Positions 35,354-45,435 of a DNA stretch of 64,000 bases are shown here, piece by piece; within the stretch, counting starts at the first letter, position 1; each line of letters starts with the position of its first letter. Source of the stretch: Chlorobiota bacterium (GTDB taxonomy: Bacteria > Bacteroidota > Bacteroidia > Bacteroidales > F082); assembly GCA_030618545.1 (NCBI GenBank), contig JAUXDH010000001.1, positions 3,247 through 67,246 of the forward strand, given 5' to 3'. The notes under the pieces are model-generated. The model was not told the DNA's origin. It was given only the letters and a program-made list of their open reading frames with translations, and ran no database searches. The position numbers and the translations under genes are program-made.

Positions 35354-36421
35354 TTATCCTGAATTAATGATCTGGATGTTCAGGTAAACCGGGTTGTGAT
35401 CGCTGAATTCAAAATCCAGATCAATGTTCTTTACCTCCAGTATTTTAATATTTGGGGAAGCCACAAAAAAATCAATAACTGTGGTGCCATTTTCACCTTT
35501 CCTGAATGCGGTATCGTTGTTTCTGTTTGTAGGAGCATTGGAAGCAAAAGCCCAATTCCATTCAGGTGGCAGAAAGTCGTTATTCATCTTCACCTTAGAA
35601 GATTCGAATTTATGGCCGTTAAAAGTTCCTTCCGGTTTTAAATAGGGAGGATTAGCATTCCAGTCTCCCCCGGCAATGATATAATTCCCCTTCTCATATT
35701 CATCGAGCATAGTCTTTTTGATAATGTTAAATTCCTGGTATCTCAGGGTACTATCATACACATAAGCTGAGTTGTGGGTGTTGATGACAAGCAGGTCTTT
35801 CCCATTATCGAGCTTATATCTTGATAAAATAAAGCAGCGGTCAAGCAAAAACAGGCGGTCGGGCCATGCAGCAATCAGTGGATAAGCGATGCGCTCTGCA
35901 TAGTATGGCTCATCTTTTGACAATATCATTATCCCTCCTTTCACCTTTCCCATAGGTTCATTCACAGGAACAGGAACAAACGGAACCTTGTAGTTCAAAG
36001 CAAACTGGTAACTAAAATCGGTTTTAAGGTTTGTGATTGCCTCTACCTGGTTTATCCTGAAACTGCGTCGTGATCTTATATCCACTTCCTGCAACAGATA
36101 AAAGTCGGCATCGCTGTCTTTTATATACTTTTTAATGCCGTTAAGATATCGCTGATTTTGTTCCTTGCCGGGCCTTACTTTCTTTCCGCCATCGTAAAAA
36201 AAATCCATTTCAGCCCCAAGTCCTGCGTAGCCAATGTTCCATGAAATCAAGGTGAAATTATTCTGCCCGGGAAAGGTTGATTTAATGTGGTTGTCCGCTT
36301 CTAAAATTACCTCTACTTTATTGGGGCGATAATCCGAAAGGGTGATATACAGGATGAAACCACCAAATAAAACAACGATAATAACAATAATCCAAACTAT
36401 CATTTTAAAGAATTTTTTCAT
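35354..36421 (-). CDS. Endonuclease/exonuclease/phosphatase (EEP) family protein with an N-terminal membrane anchor
   Basis: 355 aa. TM segment MIVWIIVIIVVLFGGFILY. EEP motifs LISWNIGY, LLQEVD and SDHNPVY. Confidence 0.85.
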   Translation of the reverse strand: MKKFFKMIVWIIVIIVVLFGGFILYITLSDYRPNKVEVILEADNHIKSTFPGQNNFTLISWNIGYAGLGAEMDFFYDGGKKVRPGKEQNQRYLNGIKKYIKDSDADFYLLQEVDIRSRRSFRINQVEAITNLKTDFSYQFALNYKVPFVPVPVNEPMGKVKGGIMILSKDEPYYAERIAYPLIAAWPDRLFLLDRCFILSRYKLDNGKDLLVINTHNSAYVYDSTLRYQEFNIIKKTMLDEYEKGNYIIAGGDWNANPPYLKPEGTFNGHKFESSKVKMNNDFLPPEWNWAFASNAPTNRNNDTAFRKGENGTTVIDFFVASPNIKILEVKNIDLDFEFSDHNPVYLNIQIINSG

Positions 36422-36706
36422 GTTTCAGGCAATTAAGAATAACTTCGTTTTGGTATACAAAATGAGCATGTGCGGTTACAATTAAATAAAAAATATCCGG
36501 ATACCGGTAATAATTTCATTCTTGTGGTTAAGTTTGTCTTTGTCCACCCAGGAAACCGAACACATAAAAGTAAACAATATCGATACAGTATACAGAGCAT
36601 ACATTGAAAAAAAGAAAGGCAATGGCGCTCTGGAAAGAATTGAGTTAGAAAACAACCTGATTCATTTTTTATAATAAATTTGACCCCGTAGAACGAACAA
36701 CAGGGT

Positions 36707-38251
36707 ATGCCTTTACTGGGAAGCATCATTAAAAGCGCTTACGCGATCAGGAACAAACCACTTGAAAAAAAATTGGTGAAACTGAATCCGGCGGAAGAAC
36801 AGAGGAAACAGTTGAAAAAACTTCTTCGCAAGGCACAATTCACTGCTTTTGGTGAGCATTATAAATTTTCTGAAATAATCGTATCCAAAAACTTAGAAAG
36901 TAACTTCAGGGAAAGTGTACCTGTCCACGACTATAAAACAATGTACAAAAGGTGGTGGTACAGGGCGCTTAACGGAGAAACTTATGTTGCCTGGCCTGGA
37001 AAAGTCAAATACTTTGCCTTGAGCTCAGGTACTTCAGAAGCCTCGAGCAAATACATCCCGGTAACCACTGATATGCTTTATGGGATCCGTAAGGCCAGCA
37101 TCAGACAATTGGTTACCATGGTCAAGTATGATTTTCCTTTAGAGTTTTTTGAAAAAAGCATTCTCATGATTGGAGGGAGTACACACCTCCAGTATAACGG
37201 CAACTATTATGAAGGAGACCTTTCCGGTATTACCGCCGGTAATCTACCTTTCTGGTTCCAGCATTTTTATAAACCGGGAAAGCGCATATCCAGGTCTGCT
37301 GACTGGTCCAATAAACTTGAGGATATGGTCAGGATGGCCCCAAGCTGGGATATAGGAGTGATCGTAGGAGTTCCGGCCTGGGTTCAAATACTGCTGGAAA
37401 AAATCATTGAAAGGTACGATGTAAAATCTATCCATGATATCTGGCCAAATCTCTCAGTTTATGTCCATAGCGGCGTATCGTTCAAACCTTATCTGAGAAG
37501 TTTTGAAAGGCTGTTTGCTAAACCCATGATCTACAATGAGTCGTATCTGGCATCAGAAGGGTACATTGCCTACCAGAATAAACCAGACTCAACAGGTATG
37601 GAGATGATTATGGATAATGGAGTGTATTACGAATATGTTCCGTTTAATGATGACAATTTTGATGAAGATGGTAAACTGAGAGAAAATCCATTGGTACTAA
37701 CTTTTGATAGCGTTCAGGAAAATAAGGAGTATGCACTTTTGCTTTCATCAAATGCAGGGGCATGGCGGTATCTGATTGGCGACACCATTAAGTTCATTAA
37801 CAAGAAAGAATGCGAAATCCTTATTACAGGACGAACCAAGCATTTTATCAGCATCTGTGGTGAACACCTTTCGCAGGAGAACATGAACCGCGCTATAGAG
37901 TTGCTCGAGGAAGACCTGAACATCGAAATAAAAGAATTCACTGTAATGGGTATCCGCCATGGATCGTTGTTTGCACATCGCTGGTATATTGGTACAGATA
38001 ACCCGGTGGATGCCGGGGTTGCCAAAGCCAGGATTGATGAATACCTCAAAAACCTGAATGACGACTACCGGGTTGAGCGACTCGAGGCCATAAAAGATGT
38101 TTACGTTGAAGTATTGCCTGCAAGAGCATTCTATGAGTATATGAAGACAAAAGGCAGGGAAGGCAGTGCCAACAAGTTTCCTAGGGTCCTGAAGAATTCC
38201 AGGATAGATGACTGGGAAAATTTCCTCCGCGAAAGAAAATACATCAGCTAA
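36707..38251 (+). CDS. GH3 (auxin-responsive-promoter-like) family acyl-adenylate-forming enzyme
   Basis: 514 aa. The N-terminus (..QLKKLLRKAQFTAFGEHYKFSEI) and FALSSGTS... are typical of bacterial GH3-family proteins. Confidence 0.8.
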   Translation: MPLLGSIIKSAYAIRNKPLEKKLVKLNPAEEQRKQLKKLLRKAQFTAFGEHYKFSEIIVSKNLESNFRESVPVHDYKTMYKRWWYRALNGETYVAWPGKVKYFALSSGTSEASSKYIPVTTDMLYGIRKASIRQLVTMVKYDFPLEFFEKSILMIGGSTHLQYNGNYYEGDLSGITAGNLPFWFQHFYKPGKRISRSADWSNKLEDMVRMAPSWDIGVIVGVPAWVQILLEKIIERYDVKSIHDIWPNLSVYVHSGVSFKPYLRSFERLFAKPMIYNESYLASEGYIAYQNKPDSTGMEMIMDNGVYYEYVPFNDDNFDEDGKLRENPLVLTFDSVQENKEYALLLSSNAGAWRYLIGDTIKFINKKECEILITGRTKHFISICGEHLSQENMNRAIELLEEDLNIEIKEFTVMGIRHGSLFAHRWYIGTDNPVDAGVAKARIDEYLKNLNDDYRVERLEAIKDVYVEVLPARAFYEYMKTKGREGSANKFPRVLKNSRIDDWENFLRERKYIS

Positions 38252-38266
38252 TTAAATATCCAACAA

Positions 38267-38893
38267 ATGAGTGCGCTTCTTGAAGGTTCCATACTGGGTC
38301 TGTCATTGGCATTTATTTTTGGATTTGGCCCGGCATTTTTCGCGCTTATTCAAACTGCTATTCACCGTGGTTTTGGAGCCGGGGTGTTACTGGCAATCGG
38401 CATTTTTTTAAATGACCTGATGGTGGTGGTGCTGGCCATGTTTGGAGCGGTAAGCCTTGTCAGCGGGTCTGAAAATTATAAACTGATGGGGATCATTGGC
38501 GGATCGCTAATGGTAGTTTTTGGTGTCGTTACTTTAAGCAGGAAAGCGATGGTAAAACAGTCAGAAGAAAAAGAAAATGATGATCCCCATGGCCTGGTGT
38601 ACATTGCCAAAGGTTTCCTGCTAAATCTTGCCAATCCATTCGTATGGCTGTTCTGGCTTGGTGTTGCAGTAAGCGCTGCTGCCGGTTACAAAGCCGACAC
38701 TTATGATTTGATTATCTTTTTTTCAGGTACTCTGGGAGTGGTATTGCTTACGGATATCCTAAAAGTGTTCACTGCTTCGCGTCTGTCAGTATTCCTGACC
38801 GATAAATTCCTGATCATGATCAATAAGATAGCAGGGGTATCTTTGCTTCTTTTTGGGATTTTCCTGATCTTTAGGTCAATCTTTGATTTCTGA
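38267..38893 (+). CDS. LysE/RhtB-family amino-acid exporter
   Basis: 208 aa with about 6 TM segments. N-terminal GLSLAFIFGFGPAFFALI and LNLANPFVWLFW are LysE-type motifs. Confidence 0.8.
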   Translation: MSALLEGSILGLSLAFIFGFGPAFFALIQTAIHRGFGAGVLLAIGIFLNDLMVVVLAMFGAVSLVSGSENYKLMGIIGGSLMVVFGVVTLSRKAMVKQSEEKENDDPHGLVYIAKGFLLNLANPFVWLFWLGVAVSAAAGYKADTYDLIIFFSGTLGVVLLTDILKVFTASRLSVFLTDKFLIMINKIAGVSLLLFGIFLIFRSIFDF

Positions 38894-38915
38894 TGTTCCT
38901 TATTCGGGAAGAATA

Positions 38916-38953
38916 GGTTTCACGCGGCGGCGCTGCGATCGCTGCGTGAAACC
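38916..38953. terminator. GC-rich 38-nt imperfect palindrome between convergent genes (candidate bidirectional terminator)
   Basis: GGTTTCACGC (38916-38925) pairs perfectly with GCGTGAAACC (38944-38953). The stem extends to about 15 bp with two G-U pairs. T-rich flanks follow on both strands. Confidence 0.6.
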
Positions 38954-38964
38954 AGTCTTTTAAG

Positions 38965-41229
38965 TTAATTGACAGCCGCTTCTTCCATCATCGGTTTTTC
39001 AACCCTGTTCGGTTCAGGCAGAGTCTTTTTAATGGTCAACTCATCCACCAGGTGTCCGGCACCTGCAAATTTGTCGATTATAAACAAAACATACCTCGCG
39101 TCTACAACAATGGTTCTTTGCAAATTGGGCGCGAAAGCAATGTCACTGCTCATGGCTTCCCAGTTGCCATCAAAAGCAATTCCAATGAGTTCTCCTTTAC
39201 CATTGACAACAGGAGATCCTGAATTGCCACCGGTGATGTCGTTGTTGGTAAGGAAGCAAACCACCATTTTTCCGTCTTCATCGTCATAAGGTCCGAAGTC
39301 TTTTGTTTCATACAGATGCTTGAGCACAGGATCAACGATGAATTCATCATTCTCCGGATCCTCTTTTTCCATCACACCGGAGAGATGGGTTTTGAAGTCA
39401 TATTTGATGGCATCGGCAGGGTAATAATCCAGAACTGATCCATACGAAAAGCGAAGGGTTGAGTTGGCATCGGGGTAAAAACTCCTGTCAGGATTCATTT
39501 GGCGAACAGCCTGAACATAAAGCCTCTTGGCATGTGCCAACTTGTCGCTATCCTTTTGATAAGCAGCAGAAGCTTCCATGATTTTTCCCATGTATCCCTG
39601 CATAAGCATAAAAGCAGGATCTTTATCAATGGTTTTCAAAACAGGATCATTAAGAAATGCCTCAGCACTTTCCTGGCTTCTGAGGAATGAGTTGGAGAAC
39701 ACATACGCAGCATAAGCCCCAAAATCACCCTTATACTTTGACTCCATTTTATCAAGCACTTCCGGGTGCAAATTGTCAGGCATATTTTTAAAGTAAATCT
39801 CTGTCATCCTGGCAAAGACATCCTGATCGGTGGGCTGATCATAATCTTTAAAATGCTCTTCAACTGAAGCTTTTAATCCTTCAGTCGCCTTTTTAATTTG
39901 TTCTTCCTTTTTGGCTTTCTTTTCTTTGTCTTTTTCTTCTTTGTGCTGGCTAAGCATTCCCTGCAATCCCATGAAGTCCTGCGCCAAACTTATAATACCG
40001 GCACCCCCAACACCACTCAGGCTTGCATAAATCAATGGTCCTATTCCAGAAGACCTTTCAGTGTAGATGCTTTCCATATCACTGAGTACGTTACCATAGA
40101 TTTTCTCTCGGTCCGCATCTTCTCCTATCCATTCCATCAATTCCTTTTCAAATACTTTTTTCTCACCCACAACATCCAGGTTTCTTACTCCTTTATCCTG
40201 TCCTATTAAATATTTCCAACTGTTGGCAGTGATTGCATACTGTGTCGCATACTTAATCTTTACCTCTTTATTGGCATCCATATGCTCTTTCCAGACTTCG
40301 AGTTTTGCACCATACACTTCAATCAGGGGAGGATAATAGTAATCCAGCTTAAACTGCACCGCTGAAGAGGTGTTGAATCTATCTGTTCCAGCGGGAAATC
40401 CCCAGATCATAGCGTAGTCACCCTGCTCAATACCATCAAGAGATACCGGCAGGTAATGCTTTGGTTTTAAAGGAACATTCTCTTCGGCGTATTCAGCAGG
40501 CGATCCATCAGGAGCGGTATAGACTCTGAATATGCTGAAATCTCCAGTGTGTCGGGGCCACATCCAGTTATCGGTATCTCCGCCATATTTACCTATTGAA
40601 GATGGAGGTGCACCAACAAGTCTCACATCTTTGTAAACCTGATAAACAAACATATAATATTCATTACCATTGAAAAAACTTTTGAGAACGACATTATACT
40701 TACCATCCTCAGAGGCGTTTTTCTTCAACTTGCCTGTAATCTTCCTAACAGCAGCAGTACGGGCGCGGCCTACCAGTGTATCACTGATATTCGGGATAAT
40801 ACTATCTGTGACATCAGCCATGTAAACCAGGATAGATGCGGTTAGACCCTCATTGGGTAATTCTTCTTCCCGGCTCATCGCCCAGAATCCATCACCCAGA
40901 TAATCGTGTTCCACACTGCTGTGTTTCTGAATTGCATCAAACCCACAGTGGTGATTGGTAAACATCAAGCCTTCGGAGGATACAAGCTCACCGGTACAGA
41001 AATAACCGGAAGGTGTTGGACTGCTTGCCAATCCCACAATAGCATCTTTCATGCTGGAACTATTCACACTATAAATTTCTTCAGCCGTTAATTGCAGGCC
41101 AAGTTTCTGCATATCGGTGTAGTTCAGGCGCTCGATAAACATCGGCAACCACATGCCTTCATCAGCAATAGCTTTTCCAAAACCCGAAAACATCAGGATG
41201 GCAATCAACAGGAAATTAAGTTTCTTCAT
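38965..41229 (-). CDS. S46-family dipeptidyl-peptidase (DPP7/DPP11-like)
   Basis: 754 aa with a signal peptide. ADEGMWLP hallmark, catalytic His block TNHHCGF and Ser block GGNSGSPVVN. Confidence 0.92.
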   Translation of the reverse strand: MKKLNFLLIAILMFSGFGKAIADEGMWLPMFIERLNYTDMQKLGLQLTAEEIYSVNSSSMKDAIVGLASSPTPSGYFCTGELVSSEGLMFTNHHCGFDAIQKHSSVEHDYLGDGFWAMSREEELPNEGLTASILVYMADVTDSIIPNISDTLVGRARTAAVRKITGKLKKNASEDGKYNVVLKSFFNGNEYYMFVYQVYKDVRLVGAPPSSIGKYGGDTDNWMWPRHTGDFSIFRVYTAPDGSPAEYAEENVPLKPKHYLPVSLDGIEQGDYAMIWGFPAGTDRFNTSSAVQFKLDYYYPPLIEVYGAKLEVWKEHMDANKEVKIKYATQYAITANSWKYLIGQDKGVRNLDVVGEKKVFEKELMEWIGEDADREKIYGNVLSDMESIYTERSSGIGPLIYASLSGVGGAGIISLAQDFMGLQGMLSQHKEEKDKEKKAKKEEQIKKATEGLKASVEEHFKDYDQPTDQDVFARMTEIYFKNMPDNLHPEVLDKMESKYKGDFGAYAAYVFSNSFLRSQESAEAFLNDPVLKTIDKDPAFMLMQGYMGKIMEASAAYQKDSDKLAHAKRLYVQAVRQMNPDRSFYPDANSTLRFSYGSVLDYYPADAIKYDFKTHLSGVMEKEDPENDEFIVDPVLKHLYETKDFGPYDDEDGKMVVCFLTNNDITGGNSGSPVVNGKGELIGIAFDGNWEAMSSDIAFAPNLQRTIVVDARYVLFIIDKFAGAGHLVDELTIKKTLPEPNRVEKPMMEEAAVN

Positions 41230-41278
41230 TTCAATGATTTAAAAAAGTGATAAAAGTGATTAAGAACATATGATTTGT

Positions 41279-42925
41279 TTAGAGTCCTAGGACTTCAGGG
41301 CCCTGTTCAAAATAAATATCTGAAGGGATGCCGGCCTCATTCACACGGTCGAGATCGGCCTGTAATTGGGGTTTTACAACTCCGTCGGTTTTTATCCATT
41401 GTTTTGCACCTTCATAGTCACCATCACCCTGTAATTTTAATATTTTCCGGGTAAGTTCTGTTGAGGCCTTTTTCATTTTTTCGAAATCAATCGAATAGGT
41501 TCCATCCTGATTTCTGTTGAAAGCGCCTTTTTCCAGAAAATAATTAAAGCGAAGCATATTGGCCATACCATGTGCACTGGAAGCTCCGAACCTTACTGAC
41601 CGGAAAATGCCGGCCATAAAAGTAACGTAGTTGTCCATCAGGTCTGTTTTTGTGAATTCTCCCATGTCGTGAAGTTTGGTTACTAGGAACAAGCCCAGGA
41701 TGTCTGCTTTCCCTTCTTCAATGGCTGAATACTTTTCCTTGAGGGCTTTTCGTGCAGTACCTTTACCATTGATTGTATTCTTAACTCCCATACCATGTGA
41801 TACTTCATGGAACATAGTATTGGAAAAGAACGCGTCGAATGTAACATACTTGCGCTGGTCTTCGCTGATGAGCAGTTCGGTGATAGGCACCATGATGAAC
41901 TCAAATTTGGCCTTCATGGCATTTTTCAACTGAAGCTTCCTGGTTCCTTTTTGTAATTGAACACGCTCATCGTTTGGCAGGTTGATGGCTATCGTTTTAC
42001 CGGCCATATTGCAATCACCTGCATAATAGACAACATCATAGGCATTGAGGTCAACATCAGATCCTGGTGTTTCTTTTTTATATTCCGGATCAACCGGTAA
42101 CTCCTTTTGGAGTTGAGGAAGGAAAGAGGCGTATTTAGAGAGTTTCTGGCTCCATTCAACGTCTTTAATAAGGACGAAAGATTCGTGCGCAGCTTTGTAG
42201 CCATATAAACCATCGGTATAGTTTTCGATAGGTCCGATAACAATATCTATCAGGTTATCCTTCATGCTGAGCCAGGCCATGTCACTTTTAAAATAATCAT
42301 CCGTTCTAAGCGCTTTCGCACGTAGGTTCAAATAATTCGCGAATCCTTTATCTTCAGCCAGTTTGGCTGCTTTTTCCAATAATAAAGCAGCCTGCTCTGT
42401 TTTTTCCGCAAAGGCTTCATGGTACCAGACTGTTTTCAGCTTACCCTGTTCATCTCTTCTGACAAGTGTATAAAGATTTGATTTCTCCGGGTTATCGAAA
42501 GCTTCAAATTCTTCCCTGGACATGTCATGTGGATAAAATTCCGCACCGGCAGATTTTGGATCTTCGCCGGGTAAGAAGGGAGCGAGGTTATTCAGCTCAT
42601 CCCATGGTCCATAGTTGATTTTCGCATACTTTCTGAATTTAGCATCATCAATACTGTTGAGGAGGGATGCCTTATCGCCATAGTTTTGCTGCCAGAATAT
42701 CTCATCCATGATATCCGCGGCCTGGAAAAGCAGCTTGAGCATTTCTTTCTGGTTGTTGCTCAAATGGCTGATGTCAGTAACCAATTTAACTTTCGCATAC
42801 TTGGCCAATTTATAAGTTTCTTCAGGTGTTTCCACTTCACCGGTTTTCTTTCCGCCATTTTCACAGCTCCACAACATCAAGAGCAACGCCAGGGAGGCTA
42901 TTGACAAAAGTTTCATTTTTAACAT
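41279..42925 (-). CDS. Lipoprotein Zn-metallopeptidase (HExxH; DPP III/M49-like)
   Basis: 548 aa. Lipobox LMLWSC. HEVSHGMG (HExxH) with a downstream EEGKAD glutamate block. The family assignment is from memory only. Confidence 0.55.
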   Translation of the reverse strand: MLKMKLLSIASLALLLMLWSCENGGKKTGEVETPEETYKLAKYAKVKLVTDISHLSNNQKEMLKLLFQAADIMDEIFWQQNYGDKASLLNSIDDAKFRKYAKINYGPWDELNNLAPFLPGEDPKSAGAEFYPHDMSREEFEAFDNPEKSNLYTLVRRDEQGKLKTVWYHEAFAEKTEQAALLLEKAAKLAEDKGFANYLNLRAKALRTDDYFKSDMAWLSMKDNLIDIVIGPIENYTDGLYGYKAAHESFVLIKDVEWSQKLSKYASFLPQLQKELPVDPEYKKETPGSDVDLNAYDVVYYAGDCNMAGKTIAINLPNDERVQLQKGTRKLQLKNAMKAKFEFIMVPITELLISEDQRKYVTFDAFFSNTMFHEVSHGMGVKNTINGKGTARKALKEKYSAIEEGKADILGLFLVTKLHDMGEFTKTDLMDNYVTFMAGIFRSVRFGASSAHGMANMLRFNYFLEKGAFNRNQDGTYSIDFEKMKKASTELTRKILKLQGDGDYEGAKQWIKTDGVVKPQLQADLDRVNEAGIPSDIYFEQGPEVLGL

Positions 42926-43041
42926 TTTACGGGTCTTTTAATTGGGTTAAACAGAGCACGAAAGTACAAATAAAAAGCAAAAGGAGAAAACACAATTGAA
43001 TCCTCCTTTTAACCATTCGTTACAAAAAAAACATGCCGTTG

Positions 43042-44121
43042 TTAAGAAATTTTCTTGATCTTATCTTCTGAGGATAAACCGGAAACCACCTCTATAATGA
43101 TTCCATCGGAAAGACCGGTTTCCACAATCCGTTTTTCAAATTCCTGTTCTCCGGTTTCCACTTCCACATAGGTGGTATCTTCATCGAATTTGAGCAGACT
43201 TTCTGAAATGACCATTACACTGTCGGCCCTGTCGAGCACAATGTCAGCATTGGCACTGTAGCCGGCACGGATAAACTCGTTATCATTCAGGTTCACATCG
43301 GCTTCAATCTCAAACTGAATGGCGCCATTTTCCTCAACACCTTTTGGTGCAATCTTGGCGAGTGTAGCATCAAATTTAATATCATCGATAGCGCCAATGG
43401 AAAGTATAAGGTGCATTTTTTCATGGATCTTACCTACTTCGGTTTCATCGATTTTACCCTTAAAGATCATGTCGTTCATGTCGGCCACGGTTGCAATTGT
43501 GGTACCTGCATTGAAGTTATTGGCCTCGATTACCTGGTTACCAATTTCTACGGGTACATCCAGTACCATTCCATCAATGGTAGAACGCACAATGGTATTG
43601 GTTGGCATATCAGATTTTTTAATCTGGCCGTCCTTAATTAGCTGAAGGGTTTCCTGGGCTGTTTCGAGCTCTTCTTTGGCATTCTGGTAAGCGAACTCAT
43701 AAGTTTCAAAATCAGCTTTCGCGATAACCCCTTTTTCCAGCAATCCCAATTGACGGTCATAGTTTCGCTTGGAATCTTTCAGGTTTATTTTGGCCCGCTC
43801 CACCCGCGACCTGGCATTGTTAAGGTTGATCATGTTGGGGATGATACGGATTTTGGCGATCAGATCGCCTTTCTTCACCATATCTCCTTCATCAACATAC
43901 AATTCATCAATGATACCGGAAACCACGGGTTTGATATCAATCTCTTTTCGCGGTACCACCGATCCGGTGGCCACCGTTTTTTTGATGACATCAGAAATGA
44001 ATGGATTTTCGGTTTCATAAACAATTGGTTTCTCTTTTGATTTATCCCACAGGTAATACAGCGTCCCACCAAAGAGCGCGAGGACTACTACTATTCCCAA
44101 TACTTTAAAGAATGTTTTCAT
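43042..44121 (-). CDS. Efflux periplasmic adaptor (HlyD/MacA-like membrane fusion protein)
   Basis: 359 aa. N-terminal TM, lipoyl-like motif (VDEGDMVKKGDLIAKI), a coiled-coil hairpin and a beta-barrel domain. Confidence 0.88.
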   Translation of the reverse strand: MKTFFKVLGIVVVLALFGGTLYYLWDKSKEKPIVYETENPFISDVIKKTVATGSVVPRKEIDIKPVVSGIIDELYVDEGDMVKKGDLIAKIRIIPNMINLNNARSRVERAKINLKDSKRNYDRQLGLLEKGVIAKADFETYEFAYQNAKEELETAQETLQLIKDGQIKKSDMPTNTIVRSTIDGMVLDVPVEIGNQVIEANNFNAGTTIATVADMNDMIFKGKIDETEVGKIHEKMHLILSIGAIDDIKFDATLAKIAPKGVEENGAIQFEIEADVNLNDNEFIRAGYSANADIVLDRADSVMVISESLLKFDEDTTYVEVETGEQEFEKRIVETGLSDGIIIEVVSGLSSEDKIKKIS

Positions 44122-44153
44122 GGTTGTTCAGTTTTATCTGTTATTAATTGGAT

Positions 44154-45422
44154 TTATTCATCTCTTAATGCATCAACGGGTTTTATACTTAACGCCCGTT
44201 TTGCTGGTATCAAACCGGCAAAAATCCCGGAAAAGATCAATATGACCAGTGCCGTTATGCCGATTCCAAAATCTATTTCAGGATGCAGGAAAAACTGAGA
44301 ATCGCCACCACTGTTCTGCATGGCATTATCAATAACGCCAAGCAAAACAACACCAATTACCAATCCAAAATATCCTGCCAGTGTGGTGAGGAAAACCGAC
44401 TCGAGGATCACCTGTGAAATGATATTCGAGGGTGTGGCCCCAAGTGCCCGTTTTACTCCTATTTCGTTAGTTCTTTCTTTAATGACGATCAGCATGATAT
44501 TGGAAACACCAATAATACCTGCCAGCAGCGTTCCTATTCCAACGACCCATATCAGTCCGTCAATGCCCATAAAAAGACCTTCCATCTTATTGAATTCTTT
44601 CTCAACATTAAAATGGCCGATAGCCTGGTCATCTTCAGGATGGATCTTGTGGCGCAGCTTCATCAGGTCAATTACTTTTTCTTCTGTGATGGAAGCGGGA
44701 ATATTATCCCTGGAAGTGATGGCATACCAGAATACGGCATCACCGTAATTGAAAGTTTTCTGCATGGCAGTGAAAGGAAGGAAAATGCTGTTGGCGTCCT
44801 TATCGGCTTCACCACCTTTCTTTTTTGATTTAAAAACGCCTACTATGTTGAAGTACACTCCCTGTATCTTGATATAATCGCCCACAGGCTCTTCGCCTTC
44901 CTTGAACAATGCATCTACTACCGCATTCCCGATGACAGCAACCTTTCGCATGTCATCAATGTCTTTCTGGTTAACAAAACGGCCACCAATCATTTCAACG
45001 GGATCGATATCCATAAATTCAGGGTAATCCCCGTAAATATTGAATGCGCCTGTTTCTTTTCCCCTGACAACGTTGCTTGATCCCCGGTAACCACCTGCCT
45101 GTAATCGGGGTGCAAGTGTTTTGATTTCAGGTATTTTATTGCGAAGGGCTTCGGTATCTTTGTTATTGAAATTGAAATTCCTGCCTCTCCGGAACCCTTT
45201 GTAAGGCATCGAAGTGCGCTGGGTCCACATAAAAAAGCTGTTCGTGGCAAAATCACCCCAGCCATCGTAGGCCGCATTTTTAAGACCGTTTCCTGACCCA
45301 AGCATAAGTACCAGCATGAAGATTCCCCAGAACACGCCAAATGCGGTGAAGAAGGTCCTCACCTTATTGTTTTTCAGCGTGCTGAAAATCTCCTGCCAGT
45401 TATCGAGGTCAAATACGTTCAT
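44154..45422 (-). CDS. MacB/FtsX-type ABC permease, type A copy 1
   Basis: 422 aa. MNVFDLDNWQEIFSTLKNNKVRTFFTAFGVFWGIFMLVLMLGSGNGL, a large periplasmic domain and a C-terminal FtsX 3-TM block ending KPVDALRDE. Confidence 0.9.
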   Translation of the reverse strand: MNVFDLDNWQEIFSTLKNNKVRTFFTAFGVFWGIFMLVLMLGSGNGLKNAAYDGWGDFATNSFFMWTQRTSMPYKGFRRGRNFNFNNKDTEALRNKIPEIKTLAPRLQAGGYRGSSNVVRGKETGAFNIYGDYPEFMDIDPVEMIGGRFVNQKDIDDMRKVAVIGNAVVDALFKEGEEPVGDYIKIQGVYFNIVGVFKSKKKGGEADKDANSIFLPFTAMQKTFNYGDAVFWYAITSRDNIPASITEEKVIDLMKLRHKIHPEDDQAIGHFNVEKEFNKMEGLFMGIDGLIWVVGIGTLLAGIIGVSNIMLIVIKERTNEIGVKRALGATPSNIISQVILESVFLTTLAGYFGLVIGVVLLGVIDNAMQNSGGDSQFFLHPEIDFGIGITALVILIFSGIFAGLIPAKRALSIKPVDALRDE

Positions 45423-45435
45423 CGTGTTTCAGGTT

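Noticed and set aside
36433-36729. 98-aa minus-strand ORF overlapping the GH3 gene start
   Set aside because: It is Cys/Phe/Leu-rich low-complexity sequence. It sits in the divergent promoter region, overlaps a well-supported gene start and has no homology signal.
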